From Tubiluchus corallicola (Eukaryota > Animalia > Priapulida): a stretch of 64,000 nt of DNA. Positions within the stretch are counted from its first letter, which is position 1; the number at the start of each line of letters is the position of its first letter. The stretch is taken from positions 248,001 to 312,000 of the forward strand of contig JAQGDQ010000147.1 in the NCBI GenBank assembly GCA_030141605.1, given 5' to 3'. Below the pieces are notes generated by a model. It was not told where the DNA came from, searched no databases, and saw only the letters and a program-made list of their open reading frames with translations. Both the position numbers and the translations under genes were made by a program. Positions 24,580 to 37,160 of this stretch are shown in pieces.

Positions 24580-25097
24580 TAGTAATAAACTCAAACAAAA
24601 TATAATAAAAACTTAATAATAACTGTGAAACAATGAGCAAAATAATCATAATAAAGTGAATATATGTGAAGTAAGAAAAGCATAATATGGTAGTAAAAAC
24701 ATAATTGGAGCAGGCACAGTTATAAAACATTAAGTATGAGGAAACTGTTGTAGTTGCTTGATTTATTTGAAGATTATTGTTTACCTTTCCTTTTCATAGT
24801 TGCGAAGAAATAATAACAATTTTACACTTTGATAAGAAGATGTAGTATGGTAATATAATTATAGTTAATAGATTAGCTCAAGGGTAATACATTAACACTA
24901 ACAGGGAAGATTTATCAGATTTAATCTTAGCAGAAAAGTCACACATGGTAATTAGAAATAAGAAAGGATTTATAGTTAATTATCAAATTGCTAAAGGTGC
25001 CATTTTTTAGTTCATTAGACAGGCTGTTCCACAACAAAGCACCTTGATAAGATAGAGATCTTTGCCCTTTGTTAGTATTAAATCTATGTACATAGAA

Positions 25098-25521
25098 CAG
25101 GGGTGTGCAAACTGCGGCCCGCGAGCCACTTGCGGCCCACCGAGAGATCTTGTGCGGCCCGCGAAGAGGTTTGTCAACGTAATGAAAGTGCGGCCCACGC
25201 GATCCAGCTGAAGTCCGCGCCAATATCGCAAAGATATTTTTCCTCTAGATCGGATGGCATTAACCCTTCCAAGACCGTTGTCGCTTAATGTTACCGTCGG
25301 ACATGACGAAATATATGGTTTTTAATATAAATTTCAATAACTTCTAAAATAGTTTCTTGAGTGTAGTAGTGCAGTAGTAATGATGTGCGCAAATCGGATG
25401 CAAAAAAAAATCGTAATTAGGTCCTACTGTACTTGGCTCCTTGACCAAACTGCATGTGGCCCACAGGAATTGCGGGAATGTTTAACGTGGCCCGGCTAGT
25501 CAGATAATTTGCACACCCCTG
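25098..25521. mobile_element. hAT (Charlie-like) MITE nested in the LINE ORF
   Basis: TIR CAGGGGTGTGCAAA...TTTGCACACCCCTG, gcggccc subterminal repeats, and a perfect 8-bp TSD acatagaa. Confidence 0.9.
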
Positions 25522-25807
25522 ACATAGAAAGTTTGGTTAGTGGCAAATCGTGTATGATACTCGTGCATCTGGGCTACAGATTTGTAATAATTCTGAAAAA
25601 TTTCAGGAAGCATATTATGTTTAAACCTATATAAAAATTTGGCCATCTCTAATTTATATATATCCTGAAGTTTTAAGCTCACTAACCAATATACTTAGTA
25701 TCGTATTTGTAGTTAGTGAACATTGATCTCAAACGGTGCAAATTGCAAATGCAGTCCCAACACTGATGTATGACACTGACACGATCCAGTAAGTGCAAAA
25801 ACATTAA

Positions 25808-26205
25808 TTCCAGAAAACAAGTGATTGTCTCCTATTCCTTATTTCCATGCTGTTTTAATTTTGTAAAAGCAGTCAGGCTAAGCATGTCTGCACAGAATGT
25901 GCAACTGTTACCCTAGTCTCAGTACTTCTTTCTAACTGATACATATTTTCAATTTTTCTGGATTGCCAATAAAAATTAGTTATTGAATAGATGAATACAT
26001 GTAATTTATTCAAAATTGATAGGTTTGCATTGCAAACAAGTTCCAGTACTGACATACCACATTGACACAATACAGTAAGTACAAAAACAGTATTTCCAGA
26101 AAACAAGTTAAAGTTTACCTTTCAACATTTCCATGCTTTTAAGTTTGTAAAAGCAGTGAAGCCGAGCATGTCTGCGTAGAATGTGCAACTATGTAACTAT
26201 TACGC
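25808..26205. repeat. Imperfect ~110-bp direct duplication
   Basis: ttccagaaaacaagt...tttgtaaaagcagt...agcatgtctgc..agaatgtgcaact occurs at ~25808 and ~26093. Confidence 0.7.
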
Positions 26206-29173
26206 TAATCTAAGTTAAAAGTTTAAAGTTACGTTATAATTCAAAGTTTCATAATTTATGTAACATAAAAAAGAAGAGATAGAGTTTCTGGGAGAGTTTT
26301 TAACAACATTTTGTAATAGATGGTGCTCGGCTAAATGTCATCGCTAGCTTTATATGGATTTGATATTTATTCACACTTACTACCTGTGGTAATTGCAAGT
26401 AAACATGCTGCTGTGTGCTTTTTGGAATGTTAAAAAGTAGATAATCACAAGTCATTTGTCGTCTCTGGGAAAGGTTTTAATATTTGGCGATCATTGCAAG
26501 GGAAGTATGAAATGTGTTACTCCCTCATTTTAATTAGTGTTTATCGGGGACAGGCTCCGAAATGATGGGGCTGCATCATTGCAATCAAAACTTTCTTACA
26601 AAAGCCATTCTTATAATTAAGCAAACTTTGCTGTGTACTACTACCACGGATGCCTTCTTTCTTCTTGCAGTATCATTTTGGCTCAAAAGGGCTGCTGCTT
26701 TTTGCCTAATGTTCATTATCGAAGAAAGGCAGATAAAGGTAAGACGTGGTTCTCACGGATCACATAATTCCCATTTCAACATTGGAGCTGATAGAGAGCA
26801 CACATCAAGGTAGAAAATTCTGTTATAGAAGGCCAAATTATATTAGGTGACATTGCACTAAAGCAAGAAAGGGAGGTTGCAAAGATGCTGTAGTAACAAA
26901 TGTAGAGGTAGGCATATATGTAATATATATGCACATTTGAAATTTCTGAAATGATGTGAGTATTAAAACTTCTTTCATAATAACAGTTACTAATTCTAAA
27001 ATTAATATTTCCCTGTTGTTTTCCTTTGGGTGAATTACGGTCGCAAATTAAACATAATCATCAGTCAGAAGAAAGCACTATTGCTGTCGAAAAGCTGAGA
27101 ATAAAAATGAGAGAAAAGCGAGAAGAGATACATGGAAAGTCGCTCAAATCTTTGATAGCGTTTTGATGGAATTTACGAATGGTAAAGTTTGTGATTACTT
27201 CAACATGAAAGTTGCCAAACGTACAGTACCCCAATACAGTATATGCCAGCAAATTCTTCAAGGGAAGATTTGGTTATTCCAGACAAATGTATATATCAGT
27301 TGTTCCTTGTGTATAAACAGTCTAACCACTACAAAAAACTGATATAATTATCTCAGCATAAAGCACAATATATCTTTCATGATTTTTTGCTTGACATTTG
27401 GCTGATCTGCTAATTTTTATTAGCTGATCCCATGACAGGCAGTCCTTTGTCTTTTCAGATGAATCTTTGACCAGGGGTCTTTAATCTGACGGTGCTTTGA
27501 CTTGTGTTCTTTGCCTGTGGTGGTCCCTTGACTGATCGTTCTTTGACCTGTGGTCCTTTGACCTACAGCCAGGTGGCTAACCGGTTTCAGCATTTCTAAT
27601 GTTAGATCTCTCACACTAGAGTAATTTTAATCACTTAGATTAGTTTTTTTAATTTTGGTTAATTTGAGCCTGAATTTCCCACCAGTAATTAATTAGTTAA
27701 TTATTTACAAAGTTAACATTAAGATTACAAAGCTGTTTAATTGAGGGTTGTTTGGAAACTTGTTCCATCATTAATAATAATCATCATGGACATTTAGAGA
27801 GATTACGTTACACAGTTTTACGGTTTATTTTCTTACCCGTCCTATGCTTTCCAAGATTTCGGGATATAAGTCTTCCTTTTCCTAATTCTGTAGGATTGTA
27901 CTTCCTTTCCTTTATCTCATCTAGAGCTTTGTTAATGCAAGCATGCATGGCGAAGCACAGTAATTATATGAAAAAGTTATTATTAACTTCTCAATTCGTA
28001 CGTTCTCAATTTTGTGGTCAAAGGTTGTTTAATTATAATCTACAAGCATAATAATGGCCGCAACCTAGCTTTGTGTTTTGTTTGCCGTAACTTTGTAAAG
28101 CTGGATGCATAAACTACAATGTTCGTTCGTAAAATATGTAGCGGTTTGCGTGAAATTCAGGAGAAAATTGCAAGAAAGTCAAAGAAATGCAGGCTGCATG
28201 GACAGCGCATTTTGGAAAGCATCGTTGATTTCTTCAACCAAGATGGCAATGATTCGGTATTTGAGCTGACAAAATCATTTTACACGTGATGGTAGGAATC
28301 TCGGGGTTGTCTTCAAGTAATTTATGGATCTCTCAAGTTTAGTGGGAGAAGTATAGTTTATTCAAGCACATGCAACATTTTGACTACAATCGACACAGTC
28401 ATCGATGTATGTGCGACTTGCGTGGCTGTGTCTAATCATGTAATTTAGTAACTGCATTGTGGATTAATCTACTAGCACTCCTCTGATGACGTGACCAGTG
28501 TACTTAAATAAGGGTAGGCCCTCGCTATCTGAAAACCGTCCTCCACTGGCTGACCTCTGCCATTATGTAACACTTTCACTTTTTGCCGCTGCTGCTGTTA
28601 TGTGTTTAACCTTCATGTGAACTGAGTAAAAAAATTGCACATTAAAAATACGCTGTAACCTACATTATCGACCCAATGCACAGTGAAAGTTCGCGCGGCG
28701 GTTACTCTGACATCAGCCGCTGCAGCGCGCACGCAATACAATCAGACGCTCATAAAATAATATTAGATTAGACCACAGACTTGCGTCTCGTACAGCTGCA
28801 TACTTCAGCGGCTGTGTCATCTCGTTCTCAGTCATGGGAAACACCGAGGTTTCGAAACCTGGTTGGCGTTTCTCGGTTAAGTACTTTTACTGGCCTCTAC
28901 ATCAACAGTTCCGGACGTTTAAGCTAAAAGAGAGTGTTAACTACCATCATGTAATCGTGGTTATTTTCGTGAAGGCGCCTTGGCCTCCGTCCATAGGGGG
29001 TATACGCATTAGCATCTGTGTATAATAGGAGGAGGCGAGAGACGATTATGTAATCAGTAGCCAATATATTCTAGTCGTTTGCTAGTTGAGATTAGCTGTG
29101 ATATGCTGTCATACAGAGAGCTCCATCACTGTGATATTATTTGCTTGTAGATAGATTGTAAATCTGTACAGTC

Positions 29174-29383
29174 ATGGACATCGTATTGAAGTACGCGGAC
29201 AATCATTTCTTTACTCCGTACGTGTATCCAGAATCCTGGAGAGAGGATGATTTTTGGAGGCAGGTGATCAGCTTGAGCTTAATTGTCAACATTGGCGGTC
29301 TTTTCATTTACCTGATTCCAGCTAGTCTGAATTACGTGTTCATATTTGACAAGGACTTTATGAAGCATCCTCAATTTTTACCG
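29174..29383 (+). CDS. SC5D: SC5D coding exon 1
   Basis: MDIVLKYAD...KHPQFLP, followed by a GTAAGT donor. Confidence 0.95.
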
Positions 29384-32300
29384 GTAAGTTCTAGATAGAA
29401 AAATACCAAATGCTAAACATAACTTGACGAGCATTTGTATTTCATTCTCACGGGCTTAGCATTTTGCAGAACTTTAGTAGTTCTGATAAGAATTAATGTG
29501 AAAAATTCCTATGATGTTGCTTAAATATCTAAATGATGATGATAATGACGATGATGATGATGGTGCTGCTGCTGCTGATGGTGATAGTAGTAATAATAAT
29601 AATACTTAGTCTTAGGTTTATTCATCTACTTTATATAGGTACCTTTGATTTAATAATTTTTAACAATGTGGTGAAGTGCGGAACACTTTTAACTTTCCAG
29701 AATAACTTGGTTGCATAATTTCCATCACCTATGGGTAATAAGAGTAGGCGTCCATTAAATAACACACTGGTGAAGCCCTAGGGACTTGAAGCCCTTTGAC
29801 ATTCTCCCATTGATTATGTTTACTGTAGGCAAAGAAATTATCAATCTTGACAAATAGCCCTGTGAAGCTAAGCTACAGTGCAATTGGAATACCCTGAGAG
29901 AACTTTCTTATTATTAGCTTCCTTATACAGTATGCTTTGTGTACTAACAAGCTACCATTCACATTCAAGTAAATCGTACCCTTTATAATACCATTATTTA
30001 TCATCTGATATCTGTCTTGCACAAGCACATCCTAAAGGTGCAGTAGATTTAGTAGCAGTGTAGGAATTGTTTTTGCTGCAGATTTTGCACATTAGTGTAT
30101 GCAGTTGTGCATGAGCCTTAGTTGATTTCAGGCTACAAGCGTTCACACCGTGTCCGAACTCGATCCACCCTGTGCAGGGACTAAGATCGTTCTCGGTTTT
30201 AGGGGACAATTCCATTAACTAATGGACAAGTTTCTGTGTCCCCTTTGCAGATGTCAAAATTAATAAGCAAAGATGTGCATCAAAAACTAAATTAATGGGT
30301 AATAAAAAGTGAATATTTTTCAAATGAATGCATGAAGTTTCAGTCCAGACTTTGCCTGTTAGAAAGTTAGAAGTCACATATTTTTCTCCTCTCTAAAGGG
30401 GAATCAGCTTTTGACATTGTTTTTTTTGCCAATAAATGTCGTCTCGCTATACATATTATTGTGCTATTACTAGCGCTACTGATAACATCGGTGTTTTCAC
30501 TAAACTTATTATCGATATAATAAGAAACTAGTGAACTTTTAGTGTTTTATCATCCTTGTAAATGTTTGGTAAAACTTGTCCACAAAAACACTATCATCGC
30601 ACATCATGTTTGCATACTTTCAAGGCAGTGTTTGGTACACATTTCAGCGAAAGTAAAAGGAAAATGCTTGCACCTGTCTGTGTTAACAGACCTAAATGTG
30701 TTTGGCTTCATTCATTGATACTTGTTTCACTAACCGCCTGATATCATGAATGTGCGCTTGCAATGTAACCTACTGCAAATTTCAGCAGGACGGTATGTAA
30801 TCATGAGCTGCATTAATAACATTCATCAATCTGTAGTGTTATTATGGTCAATGCATTATGCTTTGTTGGCATGTCTAGGTTTTCAGGAGCTATGATTGAC
30901 CCTAAGAATATGATTTTGTTGTTGCAGCCATCATTTCCCACAACACGATTTCTGTTAAAACCATTTTTGTCGCCGTCGCCGTCATCATCGTTATTCGTAA
31001 TCATCGTCTTTGTCGTTGTCGTTACGTTATCGTTGCTGCCATAATCATCATCACTGCCACAATGTATGCAGTGTTACATAATTTTTTGCAAACTGTGCAA
31101 TAGTCTCGTTTTTGCATTAGTATCATTTCCTATGTTATCTAGCACCCCAAAAGTTTCAACTGAAAAAATTAAATAAACGAGTCATTGTAATTCGGAAAAT
31201 AATAATAATAATGATAATAATATAAAAATAATCTGCTTGGTTATGTACTTATACATGCTTATGTGTAATTATTACATGTCTCTAATAAGTTGAAATTGTA
31301 GTCACGTTTTTGTTCAGTGTGCACATTTCTCCTTTCACCGAATATTTTATCATTGTGCGCAGAACGTGCGTTTCATCACGTAATCACGTCAACGAGACAA
31401 GACAGCTGCCAAAGAGTTAAATTGTTTTGCTCCAATCGAGGCGAGGGCGCTGCTGATACTTTCCTGTATTTTAATAAGTTTTTAAGGTGGCTGAAGAAAA
31501 AACTTCTTTACTTTACAAAGTATAAAATGAAACATTCGTGAATACAAAGTTAATTAGTCAGTCAGCTACTTGGCAGCTACTTAATCAGTGCGTCCTACTT
31601 GTCCGTCTGTCCACCCATCCGTCTATCAATTAATCAATCACTTAGTCAGTCAGTGGGTCAGTTTTGCTGTACGTTTAGCTCTGTAATTTATACTTCCGAG
31701 CTGCTTAGCAATCCGAAAACTGTATATGTAATCCGAAAACTAGCGCAGATCTGGATATCGATTCATCGACCTGGAATCGGTTCTGAGTAAATTTACATTT
31801 TACTTGGGTCAATTTAACATCGCCGTTATTAATTGGAGTGATGTTTAAGCGCAATAGTAGCTGTAATTTGCAGTGACTGACAGACAGGTCCTGGAAGTCC
31901 AGGAACAATATACATTATACAAGAACAGACTTGTGAAACAGATGGAAGTGGTACACTAGAATTACTGCGCCCTATTCTCATTGAATAAAATACTTTGCAG
32001 TAACTGGAAAGTCGTGATCGAGGGGGTTGTGCAATTGTTGCTGCATGTCCACTGGACCACTGGACATTAATTGCTATTGTGTTAATTTTTTAGGCGCTGG
32101 AAGTGACACTAAGACACTAAAATCAGACCAGTCACTCAGTTCCTGCAGCTAAGAAACTAAATATATTGGTTTTCGAAAGAGTTGTAGTCATTCAATTATA
32201 TATACATATATAATATACACATATATATACACATATATGTATATATAATTGAATGACTGCAACTCCTTCGAAAACCAATATATTTAGTTTCTTAGCTGAT

Positions 32301-35300
32301 ATATAGGAAGCGCAATTTTGCAGAAATTTTGCGAAAAAATACATTTATCATTTCATACAGTAACTGACTTATTTGGCAATCTAATTATCATTATAAATGC
32401 TTGATGCAGGTTTATTATTACCACTCTTTCTTCTAATTCGTGGTCATGAAAGCGTACATTATTACTAATAATAAAAATAAAAAATCCTTCTGTCAAATTG
32501 AAACTGATAGATTTATAACCATTAGCCTTCTTGGTTGCATACTGCTGACACTACTCACGGAAGCTATTTTTGGTGGCTTGGAATTTTATTATTAGCATTT
32601 TTTGTACAATTCTAGAATCAAGTAAGACGGGAAATTACGTATGCGTGTAAATCCATACCAGGAATGGGTGTTCTGACCACTGCTGTGTTCATGCTGGAAG
32701 TAAGAGGTTATAGTAAACTCTATGACAAATGGGAGGACACACCAAATGGTAGGTATTTTTACTGGCCAGAAAGCAACTCTTTTTTGAACAGAGACGCTTC
32801 TGTTTTGCAGATTGACTGATCTCATGTATTTTTTAATGCCTTTTTGTGCCTTAAAATTAAATTTTCTAAATAAAACATTTGTGCAAAGTGAAGAATTTGC
32901 TTTCACATATTCATGCACCATGTTTGCTGAGCACTTACATTTGCTATTGCCATTTTTCTTTGACAAAATTATAATCGAAATCTGACTTATTTGCAATGCG
33001 TTAGTTACAGCTTTACATTTAGCATATCCTCACTCATCCTCGAGAAAAAAACTATAACTGAGTTGAAACTTGGGCCAGTCCAGTCGAATTTGTGTGAACA
33101 CTTCAAGAATGTTAATGCATAGAAAATCAATGGGGTATGAGTTAGAGCGTCATCATCATAATAACCAACAAATTTATTCAGGCACTTAAGCACACACTAA
33201 ACCAAAGCACTGCTCCTTTACCAGCAGATGAGTTTTCTGGTGTCTTGTCTGCTAATTATATTTTTCACCTTTTCAAAAGCTCCTTGACTGAGCATTGCAT
33301 TATCCACTTGACTTTGTTTTGGTTTCATTAGTTACAAAGTTGACAGTTCTTATTTCTACATTTAGCTATTCTTTGTGTAATGAAAAATATAAGTGTGTGT
33401 AAAAACACGTATTTATGATAAATTTCCAAACTTTGCACTTTTTTCAGGCACGTTGGGTATTGTGTTCAGCATCTTTTCGTTTATGTTTTTTAATGACATG
33501 ATGATTTATTGGATTCATCGGTATTTACATCACAGGTGAGTAGCCAATATTGTTTCAAATAAATGAGGAGTTAAATCAATAAACCAAAATGTTATCATTT
33601 TAGTGTTTTTTTAGATTTATATTTTGTATGATTGTTCACCTTTAGTTTCAAACTATTGCTAGGGAAAATCCTTAATTGTTCTTTAAGAATGGACTGGTCA
33701 CAGGGTGATTAACGAAGTATGAAAAACAGGGATTAGCAGGTTTTTAGCCTTCAGTGTTTTGTGAATTAGAAATTAGAATTTAGAATGCAAAGGAAGGAAA
33801 AATTCGTTGCTACTTGTATTTTTAGAGAACCTTGCAGCAGACTTCATTGCTAAAGAGAAATTTTGCTGCTGGTATTGATTTTGTTTGCTTTTCTTTCAGG
33901 TTAATATATAAATACATTCACAAAGCTCATCACACATGGAAAATTCCAACACCTTTTGCTAGCCATGCTTTTCATCCGATTGATGGATTCTTGCAGAGTT
34001 GTCCGTACCATGTTTACCCGTTTTTGTTTCCATTGCACAAGGTAAGAATAGCTACCAAGTACCAACATTGGAATCAGCTATGGCTGCACTTCTAAAATAA
34101 GTTAAAGTATCTTACGTTATAGATTCTTTCAGAAGGGATCTGTAAAATGTTTACGGACAAAATGTAATGTATCATGATCCATTTGGAAAATGTAACATCT
34201 TTAGGGGATTTAGTTCTACAGTATTGTAAATGTGCAATCATGGCCAATTTCAGCATTCACATTTCCTTTCAATGTGTCGCTGTATCAAAACAAATAAAAA
34301 TGCACTTCAAATACATGTATATATGAGAGGGGTTATGGAAGAGTGGTCATGCACTGTGCTTCAGAACTGAAGCCAGGGCAGTGCTAAGGCAGGTCAGTGA
34401 TTGGAATGGTGAATTCGCTTCGATACTTACTCTGTGCAATTTCATTCGCTATACTGCTTCTAGTTGTTTACCTCGTACTGAGGAATGCGTATAAAGTGTG
34501 CTAAAGTTTAAATTACAATAATATAAGAAGCAAGTGTCTTACAAAGTTGAAATTTCACATTGTGATATTTCATTATATTAACCTTTTGGCTGTGAAAGTT
34601 ACAGATTTATACACGTAGTTTTACAATTTACTGTATGAAAAGCTTTTGCATGTTAAAAATTTAAATGCCTGGATAGTATCAGCTAGCATTTGTTGAAAAT
34701 AGCCACATTGACGTATAAAGCACTCATCCTGACAACAAAACAGCTTATACCAGACAACAGAAATCATCGGTTTACATCACGGTCTTCACCACTTCATGAT
34801 ACTTCAATAGGCGAAGCACTAATGAAGATTTGTCATCAAGAAAAAATGGGGCAACCTCTGCACTACAGTTTCTGGAATTCCTTAAAAAGGGTGTACTACG
34901 GCTGCACAGACCTGTTTGAAGCAGAGGAACTGAAAGCAAAAGCTGTTGTGTGCAATACCCCATAAAGAAGTGAGAAACTGTATCAGTTGTTAGAAAAAAT
35001 GCCTTTGTCTAGTTTGCATTGAAAATGAGGGACACATAGTATCATATAGCACATCGTGGCGTACGACATATTTTCCAGAATTTACTTTTTTGATTTGCTG
35101 ATCTAAATTTCTGTATCTTTGGAAAAATTTCAGGAAATGACCTAAGACTTTTTATGTTTATACATAAATTGTATGCAACATCAGTGTGGTAATTTTCAGG
35201 CAATTTCACTTTTTTTCTTCATCATAAACAAATATCATACTATACTTCTTTTGTTTGTTATACTTTATAATATCAATATAATTTTGTATGTATTTTTATA

Positions 35301-36151
35301 TATACATGTCCTATATATAGCTATGCTGGTTTATTGCTCATTTTAATCTCAGACCCTGGATAACCTTGATGTCCCAGGATTCAGTCTCCCTGCAATCATC
35401 ATGGTTAAGTAGTCCCTGTTACTGAGTGCAGGACTCCAGCTTGTCATGCAGTGTGCCGTGCTGTGTTAAAAATGGGTAACAGTATATGTAGAAATAACAT
35501 GTGTTACTGTTATCTTGTAGTTACAACATACTGCTTTTCAAATGTACACTGTGGATCTAACGCTGGACCCAAAGCATGCATGATGCAATGGAACAATAAT
35601 TGCATGTTTACATCTATGTTTAGATGTAACTACATGTGCATGTTTACATTTGTTATTTGATTCATTCTGTAAATTACTTTAACTGTACACAGTTTTGTAA
35701 ACTTACATGCTGGAAGACTGGAAACATATTTTCATAGTTTATTTTTAGCTAGAGGTTTAATTTATACCGGGTATCATAATTGTTGGTAACATTTTTAGCA
35801 AACGTAATTACGACCTAGCATTTATTTTCCAACAAATAGTAAGTAAAACTGACTTTAACTGAATATTTTATTTTATTTCAGGGAACATACTTAGCCTTAT
35901 TCATCTTTGTCAATTTTTGGACAGTTTCAATTCATGACGGGGACTTCCGTGTTCCGAAACTTTTAGAGGCCTACATCAATGGATCAGCTCATCATCTTGA
36001 CCACCACGTGTTTTACAATTACAATTATGGGCAATACTTCACTCTCTGGGACAGAATTGGAGGGTCATTTAAATATCCATCAGCATTTGAGGGTACAGGA
36101 CCAGTGGCCGAACTTAACCGACTTTTAGGACGGAAGTCAAAAGACATGTAA
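29174..36151 (+). CDS. SC5D: Lathosterol oxidase / sterol-C5-desaturase (5 coding exons, 280 aa)
   Basis: Exons 29174-29383, 32616-32748, 33448-33535, 33900-34041 and 35882-36151 join in frame (843 nt). N-terminus [19 protein letters not shown]; His boxes HRYLH, HKAHH and HHLDHH; motifs [17 protein letters not shown] and [15 protein letters not shown]. Confidence 0.97.
29533..29605. repeat. Compound trinucleotide microsatellite (GAT/CTG/TAA)
   Basis: Read directly from the sequence. Confidence 0.8.
32146..32298. repeat. Near-perfect palindrome (~65-bp arms) centred on a TA/CA tract
   Basis: cagctaagaaactaaatatattggttttcgaa... pairs with ...ttcgaaaaccaatatatttagtttcttagctg, with about 2 mismatches. 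Confidence 0.9.
32616..32748 (+). CDS. SC5D: SC5D coding exon 2
   Basis: tctag acceptor, [11 protein letters not shown]...[11 protein letters not shown]...PN, G|GTAGG donor. Confidence 0.95.
33448..33535 (+). CDS. SC5D: SC5D coding exon 3
   Basis: ttttcag acceptor, ...[18 protein letters not shown]|GTGAG donor. Confidence 0.95.
33900..34041 (+). CDS. SC5D: SC5D coding exon 4
   Basis: [26 protein letters not shown]...PLHK, followed by a GTAAG donor. Confidence 0.95.
34325..34500 (+). mobile_element. Degenerate SINE, second copy of the 14560-14785 family
   Basis: Box-A-like tatggaagagtggtc followed by 5S-like ggtcagtgattggaatggtga. Confidence 0.4.
34800..35045 (+). mobile_element. Tc1-like transposase C-terminal remnant
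   Basis: [15 protein letters not shown]...EELKAK...CIENEG resembles the Tc1/DDE_3 motif NPLDYxxWxxLKxxVY..EELK. Confidence 0.5.
35882..36151 (+). CDS. SC5D: SC5D coding exon 5
   Basis: [25 protein letters not shown]...GSAHHLDHH...KSKDM, then stop. Confidence 0.95.
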   Translation, partial: GTYLALFIFVNFWTVSIHDGDFRVPKLLEAYINGSAHHLDHHVFYNYNYGQYFTLWDRIGGSFKYPSAFEGTGPVAELNRLLGRKSKDM

Positions 36152-36774
36152 AATGTTAACATTCATTTACTTGCATGGGCACTTTTCACCAATATATGAA
36201 CTTATCTTTGCTCTTTTATAACCTAATATTGCAGTCAAAGTCAAAATTTCCAGAATAATGTGCTTAGTTTTAATGCATTCATAGTCTGCGAATCATAGAT
36301 CTCTGCATTGTTAAGTTGCACGTATGCACTTGTGCACAGGAAGGATTGTGTGTCTTTCTTTATGCAGTAATTCATAAATTGATAATTATGTTGTGAGTTT
36401 GTGTGAAAGTACCGAAATCAGGTCTTGCATTCGAGTTCGAGCCCCAGTGGAGGTACATTAATTTTTCAGTCTTTCTAATTTAGCATTGCCTTTGGTCTAA
36501 TTGTTAATTTATGTGATTGACTGGTGAGCATTTTAAAAGTTTCTGTACAGACAATGTCAGTAGATTGCTTTGAAAATTTATTGTACTTGATGCTTAATTA
36601 TTTAAATATTAAATATAATGCCCTAGCTATTTGTTCTAGTAAATTGTGCGAACTGTCCGTAGTTCGGCAGTTTAAGTCTCATCGCTAGATGGAGCCAGTT
36701 GACTGAAGTAAAATAAGACTGTTAATATACGCAGTCATACGAATTTTAGACTGAAGTTAGATTAGGGTAGCTAG

Positions 36775-37160
36775 TAGAGGTGGGCATCTGCCATTCGAGT
36801 TCGAACATTCAATTTGTGTTCGAGGAAGTTCAAATGGAACGAGTTTTTTTATTCGAGTTCAATTCGAACTTAAAATTATGGATCAAAATAAATTACCACT
36901 TCAACTACAAAAGTACTTTTATTATTAAAACATTTGAAATAACATTTGTTCATCACAATTTAGCTCGCTTTCTGTGCAAATTTTTTTAAACAAATGAGTA
37001 GCGTTTTTGCTGCAGAACAAAATCGAGTAAAATATATGATCTTTGCGAGAGGACTGTAAATCAAATTAATATTGTAGTCGGATTCAACTTGATTTGAGTT
37101 TGAAAGTCAAAAATTCCATTCGATATGAATTCACTTTCTGATAGAGGATGCTCACCGCTA
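36775..37160. mobile_element. hAT MITE, TTCGAA-rich family (older copy 2)
   Basis: Degenerate TIRs tagaggtgggcat / atgctcaccgcta, with internal similarity to 50368-50788. Confidence 0.7.

Larger units (their letters stand above)
23495..25730 (-). mobile_element. 5'-truncated L2/Crack-like LINE (end of RT ORF, long 3' UTR, AATAAA and (TGTCTA)n tail)
   Basis: LKLQDIYKLEMAKFLY...YHTR...FYV|HRFNTNKGQRSLSYQGALLWNSL; tail at ~23495-23515; the 3' UTR is homologous to 46020-46565. Confidence 0.7.

Noticed and set aside
26530-28440. Coding-like fragments between the LINE and SC5D
   Set aside because: No frame could be joined or assigned to a family; probably decayed transposon sequence.
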